Below, one piece after another: positions 42,467 through 55,735 of a DNA stretch of 64,000 nucleotides; position 1 is the first letter of the stretch, and the number at the start of each line of letters is the position of its first letter. The position numbers and the translations under genes are program-made. Under the pieces are notes generated by a model. It was not told the origin of the DNA. It did not search any database and saw nothing but the letters and a program-made list of their open reading frames with translations. This DNA comes from Alphaproteobacteria bacterium (GTDB lineage Bacteria > Pseudomonadota > Alphaproteobacteria > JAAXGF01). The DNA is taken from positions 2,144,001 through 2,208,000 of the forward strand of contig CAUVXB020000001.1 of the NCBI GenBank assembly GCA_963555825.3, given 5' to 3'.

Positions 42467-42832
42467 CTAGTCCCTGTTGCACGGCGCGCCGACGCTGTTG
42501 AAGGGGGCGTCGTCGATCGGCGGCGTGGCCTGCTCGACGGCTCGCGCCGCGCACCAGTTCCGCGCGGCGGCCTGAGCCTGTTCGAAGTCCAGGACCGCGG
42601 CGCCGTCGGCGTCGTCGAGGTCGTCGGCGAGGCCGACCCGTTGTTCCGCGTAGCGCCCCTTCGCTCGGCAGAAGCGTGCGATCCAGAGCCGTGATTCGGT
42701 TCCTTTGTAGTAGCCCAGCTGGCCGCCTTCATCGAGCGCGTGCCAATAGGGCTTGTCGCGGGGCGCGAGGGCGCTTCGGGCCCGCCGGCTCTCGAGGTTG
42801 GTGTCTTCGCCCGTCGCCCTCATCGCGCCCAA
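42467..42832 (-). pseudogene. Stand-alone N-terminal arm-binding domain of a tyrosine integrase
   Basis: LESRRAR..KPYW..LGY..W..ADDLDDADG..VLDFEQAQ; no catalytic domain. Confidence 0.7.
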
Positions 42833-42838
42833 CGATCC

Positions 42839-43564
42839 TCAGCCGGTGTCGTCCTTGGCCGACAGGGTCGGCGCGCGCAGGCGCACCATCTCGCGAACGA
42901 TCTTGCGCAACATCGCGTTGGCGAAGTCGTGGGTGCCTTCGCTGACCTGCACGAAGGACAATGGGCCGCCGATGACCTCGCGCTCGAAATAGCGCGAGAC
43001 GATCTCGATTGCGGAGCCGCGCGCCATGACCAGGCCGTTGATGGTGATGCCGCGCTCGAGCGCGATGTTGCGGTCGATCATGGGGAGGCGGCCGATGTTG
43101 GAGATGCCGTCGGCGACCACGTTGATGACGCTGCGCGTCGCCGGCCACGGCAGCTCGTCGAGCTGGTTCATGCCGATCTCGATGGCGAAGGCGAGATCGG
43201 TCTGCGAACCGTGCGGGGCGAATATCTGGCGGGCATAGTCGAGCTCGAGGATCTTGGCGGCGCCGGCGGCATCGTCGCGGTCGGCGATCCGCGACCAGGG
43301 CAGGATCACCTCGGACCGCCCGAAGCTCGACCAGGTGAGCACCGAAAGCCCGATCGAGCCGTACCAGCCGACCGCGACGGTATCGCGGAAGTTCGAGTGC
43401 CTGAGCGTGTAGACGAGGCCGTCGATTTGCGCCTTGGCCTCATCGGCGTTGATCGATTCGGAGCGGTCGAGCGACACCCCGATGGCGAGATCGACCGGCT
43501 TCGCCGATTGTGCCTGCGCCGCGAGGGGCAGTCAGCTCAGCACCAAAGCCAAAATCCAACGCAT
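42839..43564 (-). pseudogene. DUF1194 (vWA-like) exported protein with an in-frame TGA at codon 11
   Basis: GGAG RBS, ATG 43564, signal peptide broken by TGA 43534-43532; D.S.SI, ITINGL, VIGGP motifs. Confidence 0.75.
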
Positions 43565-43743
43565 CTTCGTATCTCCCTAGTCCGACCCGACCAGCATACC
43601 CCATTCGACCATCGCGCCAAAGTCGTTGCGCGATGTTCTGCCGTTTCGGCGCTCGCCCCCTCGCCTCCGGGCAACGATTGCCTTAGCTTATGGACGGCGC
43701 CCTCGCCGAAAGAAGGGCGCGCGAACGATCGGGAGAGCGGGAC

Positions 43744-46467
43744 ATGGCGGAGACGGGCTCGCCGTTCCATCGCGGCGAACAGGCGATCCAGGCGCGGCTC
43801 GGCGTGCGCGACAGGATCGAGGCGCAGGGCCGTCGGATGATCGGCGATCACCTGACCGAGCAGCATCAAGCGTTCTTCGCCCAGTTGCCGCTGCTCATCG
43901 CCGGCTCGGTAGACGCCCACGGCCGGCCCTGGGCGTCGGCGCTGGTCGGCGAACCCGGCTTCATCGACACGTCGGACCCGCTGAGGCTCGCGGTGACGGC
44001 GCCGACCGTCTACGGCGATCCGCTCGACGAGGCCCTCGTCGAGGGCGCCGAGATCGGCCTGCTCGGCATCGAGTTCGACTCGCGCCGCCGCAACCGGGTG
44101 AACGGCCGCATCGCGCGGCGCGGCGCGGACGGTTTCGAGGTCGCGGTCACGCAGGCCTTCGGCAACTGCTCGAAATACATACAGGCGCGCGGCTATCGGC
44201 TCGGCAGCGACATCGGCGACATCGGGGCCTGGCGGCCGGTCGAGCGCGGCGCCGCGCTCGACAGGGACGCGGCGGCGATGATCGCGCGCGCCGACACGCT
44301 GTTCATCGCCAGCCATTTCACCGGCGCGGCGGGCGCGGCGAACCGCGGCGTCGACGTCTCGCACCGCGGCGGCAAGCCGGGCTTCGCGCTGGTCGCCCAC
44401 GAGACCCTGCTGCTGATCCCCGATTACGCCGGCAACTGCATGTTCAACACGCTCGGCAACATCGAGGCCGAGCCGAAATGCGGCTTGCTGTTCATCGACT
44501 TCGATGGCGGCGACACGCTGCAGCTGAGCGGCGAGGCGGAGATCCTGTGGGGCGCCGAGCACAGCGGGCGATTCCCCGGCGCCCAGCGCGTGCTCGCGTT
44601 CCGGATCGACGAGACGCTCCGTATCGAGCGCGCCCTGCCGATCGCCTGGACCTTCGAGGGTTACTCGCCAGTGCTCGACACGCTCGAGCCCGACACGGGC
44701 GACGGGGTGGCGCCCGAGCCGCAGCGCCCGGCGCGGCTCCGCTCGGTCAACGTCTCGATGCCCACCGACGTCGTGCACGACGGCAAGCTGGTGACCACCG
44801 GCATCTTCAAGCAACCGGTCGAGGGCCGGGTCATGCTGCGCCGCATGAACCTCGATGGCGACGGCCAGGCCGATCTATGGGGCCACGGCGGCACGTTCCG
44901 CGCGGTCTACGTCTACTCCTACGACAATTACGCGCCCTGGGCCGAGGAGCTCGGGCGCGACGATTTCGCCTACGGCCAGTTCGGCGAGAATTTCACGGTC
45001 GACGGCATGGGCGACGACGCGGTTCACGTCGGCGACGTCTACCGCGTCGGCGGCGCGCTGGTCGAGGTCAGCCAGCCCCGCGTGCCGTGCTACAAGCTGG
45101 CCATCAAGATGGGCATCGAGGGTTTCCAAAACCGCTTCCTGGCGAGCGGCCGGGTCGGCTTCTACCTGCGCGTCCTCGAGGAAGGCGAGGTCGGCGCCGG
45201 CGACGCCATCGAGCTGGTCCGCCGCGACCCCGAAAGCGTGACCGTGCGCCAGGTCAACGACCTGCTCTATTTCGACAAGGAGAACCTCGAAGGCACGCGC
45301 CAGGCGTTCGACATGCCGGCGCTCGCACACGGCTGGAAGGGCTCGTTCGGGGACCGCCTGGCCAAGGCCGTGGCCAAGCCGCGCGACGGCTTCCGCGATT
45401 TCACGGTCGAGCGCAAGCTGCCCGAGAGCGAGACGATAACCTCGTTCTACCTGACGCCCGACGACGGCGCGCCGCTGGCCGACTTTCTGCCCGGCCAGTT
45501 CCTCAGCTTCGCGCTCGACATGCCTGACCAGCCGAAGCCGGTGTTGCGCACCTATTCGCTGTCCGACGCCCCCAACCCGGCGCGTCACCGCGTCTCCATC
45601 AAGCGCGAGCCCGCGCCCGCCGACCGGCCCGAACTGCCCGCCGGCCTGTCGTCCAACCACTTCCACGACTGCGTCGAGCCCGGCGCCAGGCTCCGCGTCG
45701 GCGCGCCGCGTGGCAAGTTCCACCTCGACGCAGACGGCGAGCGGGCACTGGTGCTGCTCTCCGCCGGCGTCGGCCTGACGCCGATGGTCAGCATGCTCAA
45801 TGCCGTCGTCACCGGCGGGTCGGACCGTCCCGTGTGGTTCATCCACGGCGCGCGCAACGGTCGCGAGCACGCCATGGGGTCCCATGTCAGGGGCATCGCC
45901 GCGGCGCACGACAACATCCATGCCCACGTCGTCTACAGCCGGCCCGACGCGGCCGACGTCGTGGGGCGCGACCACGACAGCGCGGGCCACGTCGACGTCG
46001 CACTCTTGAAACGGCTGCTGCCGTTCGACGACTACGACTTCTACCTGTGCGGCCCGACGCCGTTCATGCGTGCGCTCTACTGCGGGCTGCTCGGTTTGGG
46101 CGTGTCCGAGGACCGCCTCCACTACGAGTTCTTCGGCCCGGCCTCGGTGTTGAAGGAGAGCACCGAGCCCGCCGGCCACGCGGCGCCGACCGTCGAGGCC
46201 GAGCTCGCTGGCGGTGTGACGGTCGCCTTCGCGCGCTCGGGCGTCACCGCGAGTTGGGACCCGGACTGCGAGAGCCTCCTCGACCTCGCCGAGCGCCACG
46301 GCCTCAACCCCGACTACAGCTGCCGCTCGGGCATCTGCCACACCTGCATGTGCGCGCTGGTCGAGGGCGAGGTCGAATATCTCGAGGAACCACTCGACGA
46401 ACCCGATCCGGGCTGCGTGCTGATCTGCTGCGCGCGCCCCAAGACCAGCGTCGTGATCGAGGTCTAG
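43744..46467 (+). CDS. Fusion: tandem PNPOx-like domains, MOSC/3-alpha, FAD/NAD reductase and 2Fe-2S ferredoxin
   Basis: SPFHRGE, SHRGG; FGENF, SQPRVPCYKL; RTYSLS, AGVGLTP, CGP; CRSGICHTC..C. Confidence 0.88.
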   Translation: MAETGSPFHRGEQAIQARLGVRDRIEAQGRRMIGDHLTEQHQAFFAQLPLLIAGSVDAHGRPWASALVGEPGFIDTSDPLRLAVTAPTVYGDPLDEALVEGAEIGLLGIEFDSRRRNRVNGRIARRGADGFEVAVTQAFGNCSKYIQARGYRLGSDIGDIGAWRPVERGAALDRDAAAMIARADTLFIASHFTGAAGAANRGVDVSHRGGKPGFALVAHETLLLIPDYAGNCMFNTLGNIEAEPKCGLLFIDFDGGDTLQLSGEAEILWGAEHSGRFPGAQRVLAFRIDETLRIERALPIAWTFEGYSPVLDTLEPDTGDGVAPEPQRPARLRSVNVSMPTDVVHDGKLVTTGIFKQPVEGRVMLRRMNLDGDGQADLWGHGGTFRAVYVYSYDNYAPWAEELGRDDFAYGQFGENFTVDGMGDDAVHVGDVYRVGGALVEVSQPRVPCYKLAIKMGIEGFQNRFLASGRVGFYLRVLEEGEVGAGDAIELVRRDPESVTVRQVNDLLYFDKENLEGTRQAFDMPALAHGWKGSFGDRLAKAVAKPRDGFRDFTVERKLPESETITSFYLTPDDGAPLADFLPGQFLSFALDMPDQPKPVLRTYSLSDAPNPARHRVSIKREPAPADRPELPAGLSSNHFHDCVEPGARLRVGAPRGKFHLDADGERALVLLSAGVGLTPMVSMLNAVVTGGSDRPVWFIHGARNGREHAMGSHVRGIAAAHDNIHAHVVYSRPDAADVVGRDHDSAGHVDVALLKRLLPFDDYDFYLCGPTPFMRALYCGLLGLGVSEDRLHYEFFGPASVLKESTEPAGHAAPTVEAELAGGVTVAFARSGVTASWDPDCESLLDLAERHGLNPDYSCRSGICHTCMCALVEGEVEYLEEPLDEPDPGCVLICCARPKTSVVIEV

Positions 46468-46497
46468 CGGGCGGGCGTCTGGCGTGGGCTCGGGTCG

Positions 46498-46923
46498 CTA
46501 ATCCGGCTCCTCGGCGCGCGACGGCACGACGGCGCTCGAGCGCGGGAAGCGCGGCAGGTCGTCGTCGATTTTCAGCCAGGCGAGTTGGCTCTCGGTCCAG
46601 ACGTGGTCGTCCGGGCGAACGTCGCCGGGCCGGTCGAGGCTGCCCAGACTGACCTGCACCCGGTCGTCGAGGACGCTTTCGTGCATCGTCAGCGTGCTGC
46701 CGCAACGCGCGCAGAAGCCGCGTTCGGCATCGACCGAGGAGCGCCAACGGGTTGGTTCGCCCTGGGTCCAGGTGAATGCCTCGACAGGGAAATGGACATG
46801 GGTCAGGAAGGCCGCGCCCGAGGCGCGCCGGCACATGCCGCAGTGACAACTCACGACCCGGATCGGGTCGGCCGTCGCGCGATAGCGCACCGCGCCGCAC
46901 GAGCATCCGCCGGTCCACTCCAT
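46498..46923 (-). CDS. GFA/CENP-V family protein
   Basis: GGCSCG, CHCGMCRR, FCARCGS. Confidence 0.9.
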   Translation of the reverse strand: MEWTGGCSCGAVRYRATADPIRVVSCHCGMCRRASGAAFLTHVHFPVEAFTWTQGEPTRWRSSVDAERGFCARCGSTLTMHESVLDDRVQVSLGSLDRPGDVRPDDHVWTESQLAWLKIDDDLPRFPRSSAVVPSRAEEPD

Positions 46924-46990
46924 CGCTACCTCCATGATCGCGGACGCTTAGGCCGGAGACCGGTCCCGACCGATCGGTTTCGGTCGGCTC

Positions 46991-47090
46991 CTAGCAGCCT
47001 GCGACCGCAGGCCGCCGACCGTTCGGCGGAAGCATGCGCGGCGATTGAGCGCAGGTCACCTTTACGCAACGCGTAAAGGTGACCGCACAA
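46991..47090 (-). repeat. Structured intergenic repeat, copy 4 of 4
   Basis: Reverse complement of the 1519 family, directly after the kce-family stop. Confidence 0.9.
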
Positions 47091-47094
47091 TGGT

Positions 47095-47982
47095 CTAATT
47101 CCGCCGCTTGAGTTGCAGTTTCTCGCGCGCCTCGTCGGGGGTGAGCGCGCGGGCGCCCATCAGCTCGATGAGGTTGATCGCCTTCTCGACCAGCTGGCCG
47201 TTGGTGGCGAAGACGCCGCGCTCGAGATAGAGGTTGTCCTCGAGGCCGACGCGGACGTGGCCGCCCAACAGGACGGCTTGCGCGACCATCGGCATCTCGA
47301 GCCGCGAAATTCCGAAGCCGGCCCACTGGGCGTCCGGCGGCAACTGGTCGACCATCGCCTTCATGGTCGAAGTGTCGGCCGGCGCGCCCCACGGAATGCC
47401 GAGGCATATCTGGTAGAGCGGCGGATCGTCGACCAGGCCCTCGGCGTAGAGCTGGTTGGCGAAACGCAGGTGGCCGAGTTCGAACACCTCCATCTCGGGC
47501 TTGACGCCGCAGTCCTTGATGCGCTGGGCCATCTCGCGCAGGTAGTGCGGCGGGCTGATGTAGACAGATTCGCCGAAGTTGAGCGAGCCGCAATCCAGGC
47601 TGCAGATGTCGGGGCGCAGCTCGTCGACGTGGAGCAGGCGCTGCTCGGGCGTCGCCATGTCGCTGCCCGGCGCGCCGACGGCGGGGTCGTCCTCGCTCGG
47701 GTACCAGTCGCCGCCCATGCCGGCGGTCAGGTTGATGATCACGTCGGTGCCGCTGGCGCGCACCCGCTCGACGACGTCGCGGAACAGGTTGGGGTCGCGG
47801 TTGCCCTTGCCGGTCTCGACGTCGCGCACGTGGATATGCGCGATCGCCGCGCCGGCTTGCGCCGCCTCGATCGCCGCGCCCGCGATCTGCTCGGGCGTCA
47901 CCGGCATGTCCGGATGCTTGTCCACCGTATCGCCGGCGCCGGTCACGGCGCAGCTCACGATCACCTCGTAGTTCATTGCCAT
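47095..47982 (-). CDS. Beta-keto acid cleavage enzyme (3-keto-5-aminohexanoate cleavage family)
   Basis: CAVTG, HIHVRD, RVGLEDN. Confidence 0.92.
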   Translation of the reverse strand: MAMNYEVIVSCAVTGAGDTVDKHPDMPVTPEQIAGAAIEAAQAGAAIAHIHVRDVETGKGNRDPNLFRDVVERVRASGTDVIINLTAGMGGDWYPSEDDPAVGAPGSDMATPEQRLLHVDELRPDICSLDCGSLNFGESVYISPPHYLREMAQRIKDCGVKPEMEVFELGHLRFANQLYAEGLVDDPPLYQICLGIPWGAPADTSTMKAMVDQLPPDAQWAGFGISRLEMPMVAQAVLLGGHVRVGLEDNLYLERGVFATNGQLVEKAINLIELMGARALTPDEAREKLQLKRRN

Positions 47983-48031
47983 CCTCCCTTCGCAGCGCGG
48001 GGTTTCGGCTGCGCACCGCGTCCAAGAGCGG

Positions 48032-49021
48032 TTACATGAACAGGCGCTCGTTTTCCAGCCCTTTGTAGAGATCGGCGACGAATTCGCCGTAGCCGTTGAA
48101 GAGCTGCGTCGGCACGCGGTCGCCGGTCGCCAGGAAGCGCTCGGTCGCCTGGCTCCAGCGCGGATGCGACACCTCGGGGTTGACGTTGGCCCAGAAACCG
48201 TACTCGCTGGCTGCCAGTTCCTCCCAGAACGACTTGGGGCGGGTGTCGGTGAAGCTGATGCGCACGATCGATTTGATGTGCTTGAAGCCGTATTTCCACG
48301 GCACCGCGAGGCGCAACGGCGAGCCGTACTGTTTGGCCATCGGCTTGCCGTAGGCGCCGGTCACCATGAAAGCGAGCTCGTTGGTCGCCTCCTCGATGGT
48401 CAGCCCCTCGATATAGGGCCAGGGATACCAGAACTGGCGCTGGCCGGGCGCCACCTCTTTATCTTGGAAGGTCTCGAACTCGACGTATTTCGCGCCGCTC
48501 AGCGGCTTGGCGAAGTCGACCAGGTCCTTGAGCGGGAAGCCCGACCACGGGATCGTCATCGACCAAGCCTCGACGCAGCGGTGGCGATAGAGGCGCTCCT
48601 CGAGATTCATGCGGCGGATCAAATCGTCGATCTCGACGACCATCTCGTTTTCGACCATGCCGTTGATGGTCACCGTCCAGGGCCGTATCTCGAGCTCCTG
48701 CGCCGCCTGCCAGATTTGCTTGTGCGAGCCGAACTCATAGAAGTTGTTGTACTTGGCGGTGATATCGATATCGGTCAGCTCGCGATCCAGCACGTAGCGC
48801 TCGTTGCGCGCCACCGGATAGAGGTCGGCGGTCGGGTCGTCGTGCTCGACCAGCGGCTCGTCGCCGCCGAACAGCCCAGCGTGCGCGGCGAGCGGCGCCG
48901 AGGCGGCGAGGATCGAGCCCGCCGCGACGCCCTTGAGCAGTGTGCGCCGGTTGACGAAGACATGCTCGGGCGTCGCCGCCTTCTCGGGCAGCTCCCAGCC
49001 CCGCTTGCGTCGGATCAGCAT
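48032..49021 (-). CDS. msrP: Protein-methionine-sulfoxide reductase catalytic subunit
   Basis: Tat signal [35 protein letters not shown]. Confidence 0.95.
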   Translation of the reverse strand: MLIRRKRGWELPEKAATPEHVFVNRRTLLKGVAAGSILAASAPLAAHAGLFGGDEPLVEHDDPTADLYPVARNERYVLDRELTDIDITAKYNNFYEFGSHKQIWQAAQELEIRPWTVTINGMVENEMVVEIDDLIRRMNLEERLYRHRCVEAWSMTIPWSGFPLKDLVDFAKPLSGAKYVEFETFQDKEVAPGQRQFWYPWPYIEGLTIEEATNELAFMVTGAYGKPMAKQYGSPLRLAVPWKYGFKHIKSIVRISFTDTRPKSFWEELAASEYGFWANVNPEVSHPRWSQATERFLATGDRVPTQLFNGYGEFVADLYKGLENERLFM

Positions 49022-49231
49022 GGTCCCGTCTCCCGATGTGAATTGGTCTCAATCAAAACAGCATCCGCGCCCGTCGTCTACCCCGCCGAGACGGGCGACG
49101 GCCAATCACATCTACGTGACGAACAAAAGCGCCCGGCACGTCGGTGCCGGGCGCGTGGCAGCCGAAGGCACCGATGCCCTTGCCGAATTCCTTGAAGTCG
49201 GCCTGCGGAATGCCGATGACGATGGCGGCGC

Positions 49232-51338
<2,107 letters not shown>

Positions 51339-51492
51339 TCAGCCGTCGGCAACCTCTGCGACCGCCTTGTCGCGCCCGATCATCGTGAAGGTGTGGAACG
51401 GCATGCCGAGCCCGGTGATCATTCGAAGCTCCCTTCGATCGTCGCCCCCGAAACGGGCATCCCAGCGGCCGGCGCGCCGACCGCGGGACCGG

Positions 51493-51699
51493 CTAGCTGA
51501 GCTCGATGTCGCCGGTGACGGTGAAGCTGTGCTCGACGCCCGAGAGCGTCACGGTCGCGGTCGCCGCGATCTTGCCGTCGCTCGACAGCGCGCCGCTCGC
51601 GATGCCGTCGCGCACCGCGCCCTCGATCTCGCGCTGGGCGGTGACGCCGACCTTCTTGAGAAACTTGCGGACCGACATGTTGAAGATGTCTTCGTTCAT
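51493..51699 (-). CDS. Small conserved protein (DUF6494-like)
   Basis: MNEDIFNMSVRKFLKKVGVTAQREIE. Confidence 0.75.
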   Translation of the reverse strand: MNEDIFNMSVRKFLKKVGVTAQREIEGAVRDGIASGALSSDGKIAATATVTLSGVEHSFTVTGDIELS

Positions 51700-51753
51700 T
51701 TCGTTCTTCCCCTGGGTAACTGTTTCGCGGAAATAAGGCGCACGCCGCGCTGG

Positions 51754-52167
51754 TCAAGAACCCGCCTCGTCCTCGGGCAGAAAGCGGAACACCATCTCGC
51801 GCAGCGTCACCAGGCCGACCAACTGGCCGCCCTCGGTGACCAGCGCGCGCGCCAGGCCGAAGCGGCTCAACAGCCGGACGGCGTATTTGATGTCCATGCT
51901 GCCGGCGACCGTCAGCACCGGCTTCGACATCACCTCGTAGACGTTGGTGCGCGCCGGCGATCGGTTCTCGGCGATGACCTTGGCGGCGATGTCGGAGAGC
52001 ACGATGATGCCGTATTCGTCGCCCTCGTGGCGACGGTCGATGACCAGCGCGCCGACGTTGTCGCGGCGCATCGTGTCGAGCGCCACCTGGACCGTCGCGA
52101 GGCCGTCGATGATGCCCGGCGACGGCCGCATCAGCTCCTTGACGCTAATGAAGGGCTTGGCGCTCAT
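51754..52167 (-). CDS. CBS-domain protein
   Basis: CBS pair (ELMRP..GII, EVMSKP..GLVT). Confidence 0.88.
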   Translation of the reverse strand: MSAKPFISVKELMRPSPGIIDGLATVQVALDTMRRDNVGALVIDRRHEGDEYGIIVLSDIAAKVIAENRSPARTNVYEVMSKPVLTVAGSMDIKYAVRLLSRFGLARALVTEGGQLVGLVTLREMVFRFLPEDEAGS

Positions 52168-52514
52168 ATCTGGTCTCCGATTTCGCTCTGGATGGTGCCG
52201 ATCTGCGACGACAGGCCGACGGCGTCCTCGATGTCGATCTGGAAGGCGATGCCCGAGCCCGGCGTGTCCTCGAAGTCGCAGGTCTCGGTGATGCCTTCCA
52301 GAATGCCGCGCGACAGGTGTTCCTCGACCAACAGGAGTATGACGTCGCGCTGACCCTCGAGATCGAGGCCAAGGAACGTCTTGTGCGGCTTGAGGCCCTC
52401 GCCGCGCGCGCTGGTGATCACGGTGCAGCCGGTCGCTCCGGCGTTGCGGGCGCAATCGACCACGTCGTCCGTTTTGTGGTCGTCGACCATGGCGATGATC
52501 AGTTTGAATTTCAT
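52164..52514 (-). CDS. P-II-like regulator
   Basis: KLIIA, GATGCT..ARGEG, GIAF motifs. Confidence 0.85.
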   Translation of the reverse strand: MKFKLIIAMVDDHKTDDVVDCARNAGATGCTVITSARGEGLKPHKTFLGLDLEGQRDVILLLVEEHLSRGILEGITETCDFEDTPGSGIAFQIDIEDAVGLSSQIGTIQSEIGDQI

Positions 52515-53309
52515 CTAGTCCTCCTCGGACGGCAGGGGTTCGGCCCGCCGGGCGCGCCATGCGCCAAGCTGGGCATAGCCCAAAACGGATATAATCGGAA
52601 GCACGCTGGCGAAGGCGATCAGGCCGAAGCCGTCGATCAGCGGGCTGCGGCCGGGGATCGCCGTGGCGAGCCCGAGGCCGAGTGCGGTAACCAGCGGTAC
52701 GGTCACGGTCGAGGTCGTGACCCCGCCCGAATCATAGGCCAGCGCGATAATCGCGCGCGGCGCCATCAACGTCTGGACGATGACGACGAGGTAGCCGGCC
52801 ATGATGTAATAGGGCAGCGGCGTGCCCGTAACGATGCGAAAGGCGCCAAGCGAGACGCCGATGGCGACGCCGAGCGCCACGGTAAGGCGCAGGCCCCAGG
52901 GGTTCAACGCGCCGCCCGACACCTCGCCTGCCTTCCTGGCGACGGCGATCAGCGCCGGCTCGGCGATCGTCGTCGAGAAGCCGATCGTAGCGGCGAATGC
53001 GTAGACCCAGAAGTAGTCCTGCCAGCGGGTCGCCGAATCGGCCCCGCCGACGACCTTGGCATTACTCGCGGCGAGTTCGGCGAGTTGGGTCGCCATCACC
53101 TTGCCGAGCGGGAACAGTGCCTTCTCGAGACCGACCAGGAACAGCGCCAGCCCGATCGTGACGTAGACGAAGCCGATCACCACGCGGCGCGGGTGGGCGA
53201 GCCGCTGGCGCAGCACCAGGGCCTGGAAACCGAACAGGATGATGGCGATCGGCGCGACGTCGAACAGCGTCGACCCGATCGTGCCGCCGATGTCGGAAAG
53301 CCAGGTCAT
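52515..53309 (-). CDS. DUF1538 membrane protein
   Basis: [25 protein letters not shown]. Confidence 0.88.
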   Translation of the reverse strand: MTWLSDIGGTIGSTLFDVAPIAIILFGFQALVLRQRLAHPRRVVIGFVYVTIGLALFLVGLEKALFPLGKVMATQLAELAASNAKVVGGADSATRWQDYFWVYAFAATIGFSTTIAEPALIAVARKAGEVSGGALNPWGLRLTVALGVAIGVSLGAFRIVTGTPLPYYIMAGYLVVIVQTLMAPRAIIALAYDSGGVTTSTVTVPLVTALGLGLATAIPGRSPLIDGFGLIAFASVLPIISVLGYAQLGAWRARRAEPLPSEED

Positions 53310-53316
53310 CGGCGCC

Positions 53317-54051
53317 TCAGACCACCATGCCATAGATCAGCACGAAGACGATCGGCATCAGGCTGGCGAAGGCGATCAGGCCGAAGCCGTCGATCAGCGG
53401 GTTGCGCCCGCGGATCACCGTGGCGAGCCCGATGCCGAACGCGGCGACCAGCGGCACGGTGACGGTCGATGTCGTCACCCCGCCGGCGTCATAGGCGCCG
53501 CCGACGATCTCGTCGGGCGCAAACGGCGTGGTGGCGATGACCAGGCAGTAGCCCGAGATGATGAAGTAGTGGATCGGCCAGCCCTTGACGATGCGGAAGA
53601 CGCCGATCACCAGCGCGACGCCGACCGACACCGCGACGGTGTAGCGTAGCCCCGAGGCGTATTCGGCCAGGGCCGCCTCGTCCTTGCCGATCAGGCCGGC
53701 CTCGGCGGCGCTGCGCGCGGCCTCGGCGGCGACCGCGATCAGCGCCGGCTCGGCCACCGTGGTGCCGAAGCCGAGCGCGAAGGCAAAGCCGAACAGCCAG
53801 AACAGACTGCCTTTGCGCGCGAGGTCGCCGGCCATCGATTCGCCGATCGGGAACAGGCCCATCTCGAGGCCCTGGATGAACAGCGCGAGGCCGAACATGA
53901 CCAGCACCAGCCCGCCGAGGATCGAGTCGAGATTGGCGATCGGCTGGCCGAGGACGGCGAGCTGGAAGAACGCGATCACCAGGATGATCGGCGCGAGGTC
54001 GCGCAGGGTTCCCAGGATCAGGCGGCCGAACGAGGCGAGCGAGGCGAGCAT
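53317..54051 (-). CDS. DUF1538 membrane protein
   Basis: [25 protein letters not shown]. Confidence 0.88.
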   Translation of the reverse strand: MLASLASFGRLILGTLRDLAPIILVIAFFQLAVLGQPIANLDSILGGLVLVMFGLALFIQGLEMGLFPIGESMAGDLARKGSLFWLFGFAFALGFGTTVAEPALIAVAAEAARSAAEAGLIGKDEAALAEYASGLRYTVAVSVGVALVIGVFRIVKGWPIHYFIISGYCLVIATTPFAPDEIVGGAYDAGGVTTSTVTVPLVAAFGIGLATVIRGRNPLIDGFGLIAFASLMPIVFVLIYGMVV

Positions 54052-54145
54052 GCCTCCGCTTGTAGCCGCCCGGGGCGAAGCGGGCAATGACCGAGGTCGC
54101 TTCCAACCCCACCAATTCAGCGGAATGGCATAAGGTGACGGGGCG

Positions 54146-55690
54146 ATGAAACGCATGACGCGAATTGGCGTTGCCGCCGCGGTCGCGACGCTATTGGTCG
54201 TCGCCGGCATCGCCCGCCTGGCCGATCGGCCGGCGCCCGTCGCCGACCCGCCCGTCGGCGGCTACGCCGAGGCGCCGTGCTGGTTCGACGTCGACCTCGA
54301 TCGCACGGTCGTCTGCGGCGCGTTCGTGATCCCGGAGAACTGGGATGTTGACGGTTCACGCACACAGCGCCTTTCCATCGTCACCTTCAAGGCGGCGCGC
54401 GGTTCGGGCGCGGCGGCGCCCATCCTGTTCCTCAACGGCGGACCGGGCGACCGGGTGCGCACCCGCACCGACAACGAGGTCCGCGATTGGGCCGATTGGC
54501 TCAAGCGCGAGACCTGGACCCATGAGCGTGACTTCATCGTACTGGCCCAGCGCGGCACCAACTGGACCGACGCCAACCTCGCCTGCGCCGAGCTCGGCGA
54601 CCCTCGGCTGTACGCCGGTGTATCGGAACAGCCGGGCGCCGAGACCGATTGGCGCACCGACACCAAACGAGCGTACGAGGCATGCCGCGACGGACTCGTC
54701 GCCGCCGGCCACGATCTGGCGGCCTACAGCACATACCAGGGCGCCAAGGACGTCGCCGGGCTCAGACACGCCATGGGCGTCGACGGCTGGGTGCTCTACG
54801 GCGTCTCCTATGGCACGCGCCTGGCGCTCACGGTGATGCGCGATCATCCGCGGGGCATCGACGCCGCCGTGCTGGATTCGGTCTGGCCGCCCGAAGTCGG
54901 GGTCGGCGCCGACGACTCCGCCGCCTTCATGGCGACGCTGACCAAGATCGCCGAGGCCTGCCGGGCCGACGCGGTCTGTAACGGTCGTTATCCCGACGTC
55001 GTCGGCGCGTTCGTCTCGTCGATCGAACGCCTGCGCCGCGCGCCCGTCGAGATCTCCGTCCCGGGCACCGGCGGCGCCAAGTCGCTGTACGTTCTCTACG
55101 ACCCCACCTTGTTCGTCGACACGCTGTATTTCGCGATGTACTGGTGGGATACGGTGAAGACGATACCGAAGGCGGTCGACGGCTTCGCGCGGTCGGATTT
55201 CGACGCCTTCGTCGGACTCGCGCGCGATTACATCGACGACCCGCAATACGAGGCCTTCGCCCACGGCACGGCCACCGCGATCAACTGCAACGACAACCTG
55301 GCGGTCGATGCCGCCGTCGACTGGGACGCGCAGGTGGCGGCGTATCCGTTTCTGCGTGAATGGATAGACGACTTCAACGACGACACGTTCTGCGACGACT
55401 GGGCGCTCGACGTCGCGCGCCGCGGCACGGCGGCACCCACCGTGAGCGATATTCCGACGCTGCTGCTCGCCGGCGGGCTCGACGTCGCGACGCCGGCCGA
55501 ATACGCGCGCATGACCGCCGCCCGACTGTCGGCGTCCCATCTGTTCGTCTTCCCGGCGACGAGCCACGACGTCATCGACAGCCACCAATGCGCCAGCGAC
55601 TTGGTCGCCGCGTTCCTGGCCGACCCGGCCCCGCGGCCAGCGCCCGGCTGCTTCGACCCCGACGAATCGGTCCAATTCGACGACGACTGA
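54146..55690 (+). CDS. Exported alpha/beta hydrolase (tripeptidyl peptidase/TAP-like)
   Basis: NGGPG, QRG, GVSYG nucleophile, D.ATP, SH motifs. Confidence 0.88.
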   Translation: MKRMTRIGVAAAVATLLVVAGIARLADRPAPVADPPVGGYAEAPCWFDVDLDRTVVCGAFVIPENWDVDGSRTQRLSIVTFKAARGSGAAAPILFLNGGPGDRVRTRTDNEVRDWADWLKRETWTHERDFIVLAQRGTNWTDANLACAELGDPRLYAGVSEQPGAETDWRTDTKRAYEACRDGLVAAGHDLAAYSTYQGAKDVAGLRHAMGVDGWVLYGVSYGTRLALTVMRDHPRGIDAAVLDSVWPPEVGVGADDSAAFMATLTKIAEACRADAVCNGRYPDVVGAFVSSIERLRRAPVEISVPGTGGAKSLYVLYDPTLFVDTLYFAMYWWDTVKTIPKAVDGFARSDFDAFVGLARDYIDDPQYEAFAHGTATAINCNDNLAVDAAVDWDAQVAAYPFLREWIDDFNDDTFCDDWALDVARRGTAAPTVSDIPTLLLAGGLDVATPAEYARMTAARLSASHLFVFPATSHDVIDSHQCASDLVAAFLADPAPRPAPGCFDPDESVQFDDD

Positions 55691-55735
55691 CCTCACGGCC
55701 TCCGTATGCCACGGCCTCATGCTCCAACGTCTCTA

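Noticed and set aside
43532-43534. In-frame TGA in the DUF1194 gene as selenocysteine or programmed read-through
   Set aside because: It lies in the signal peptide, not at a catalytic Cys position; a nonsense mutation or base error is simpler.
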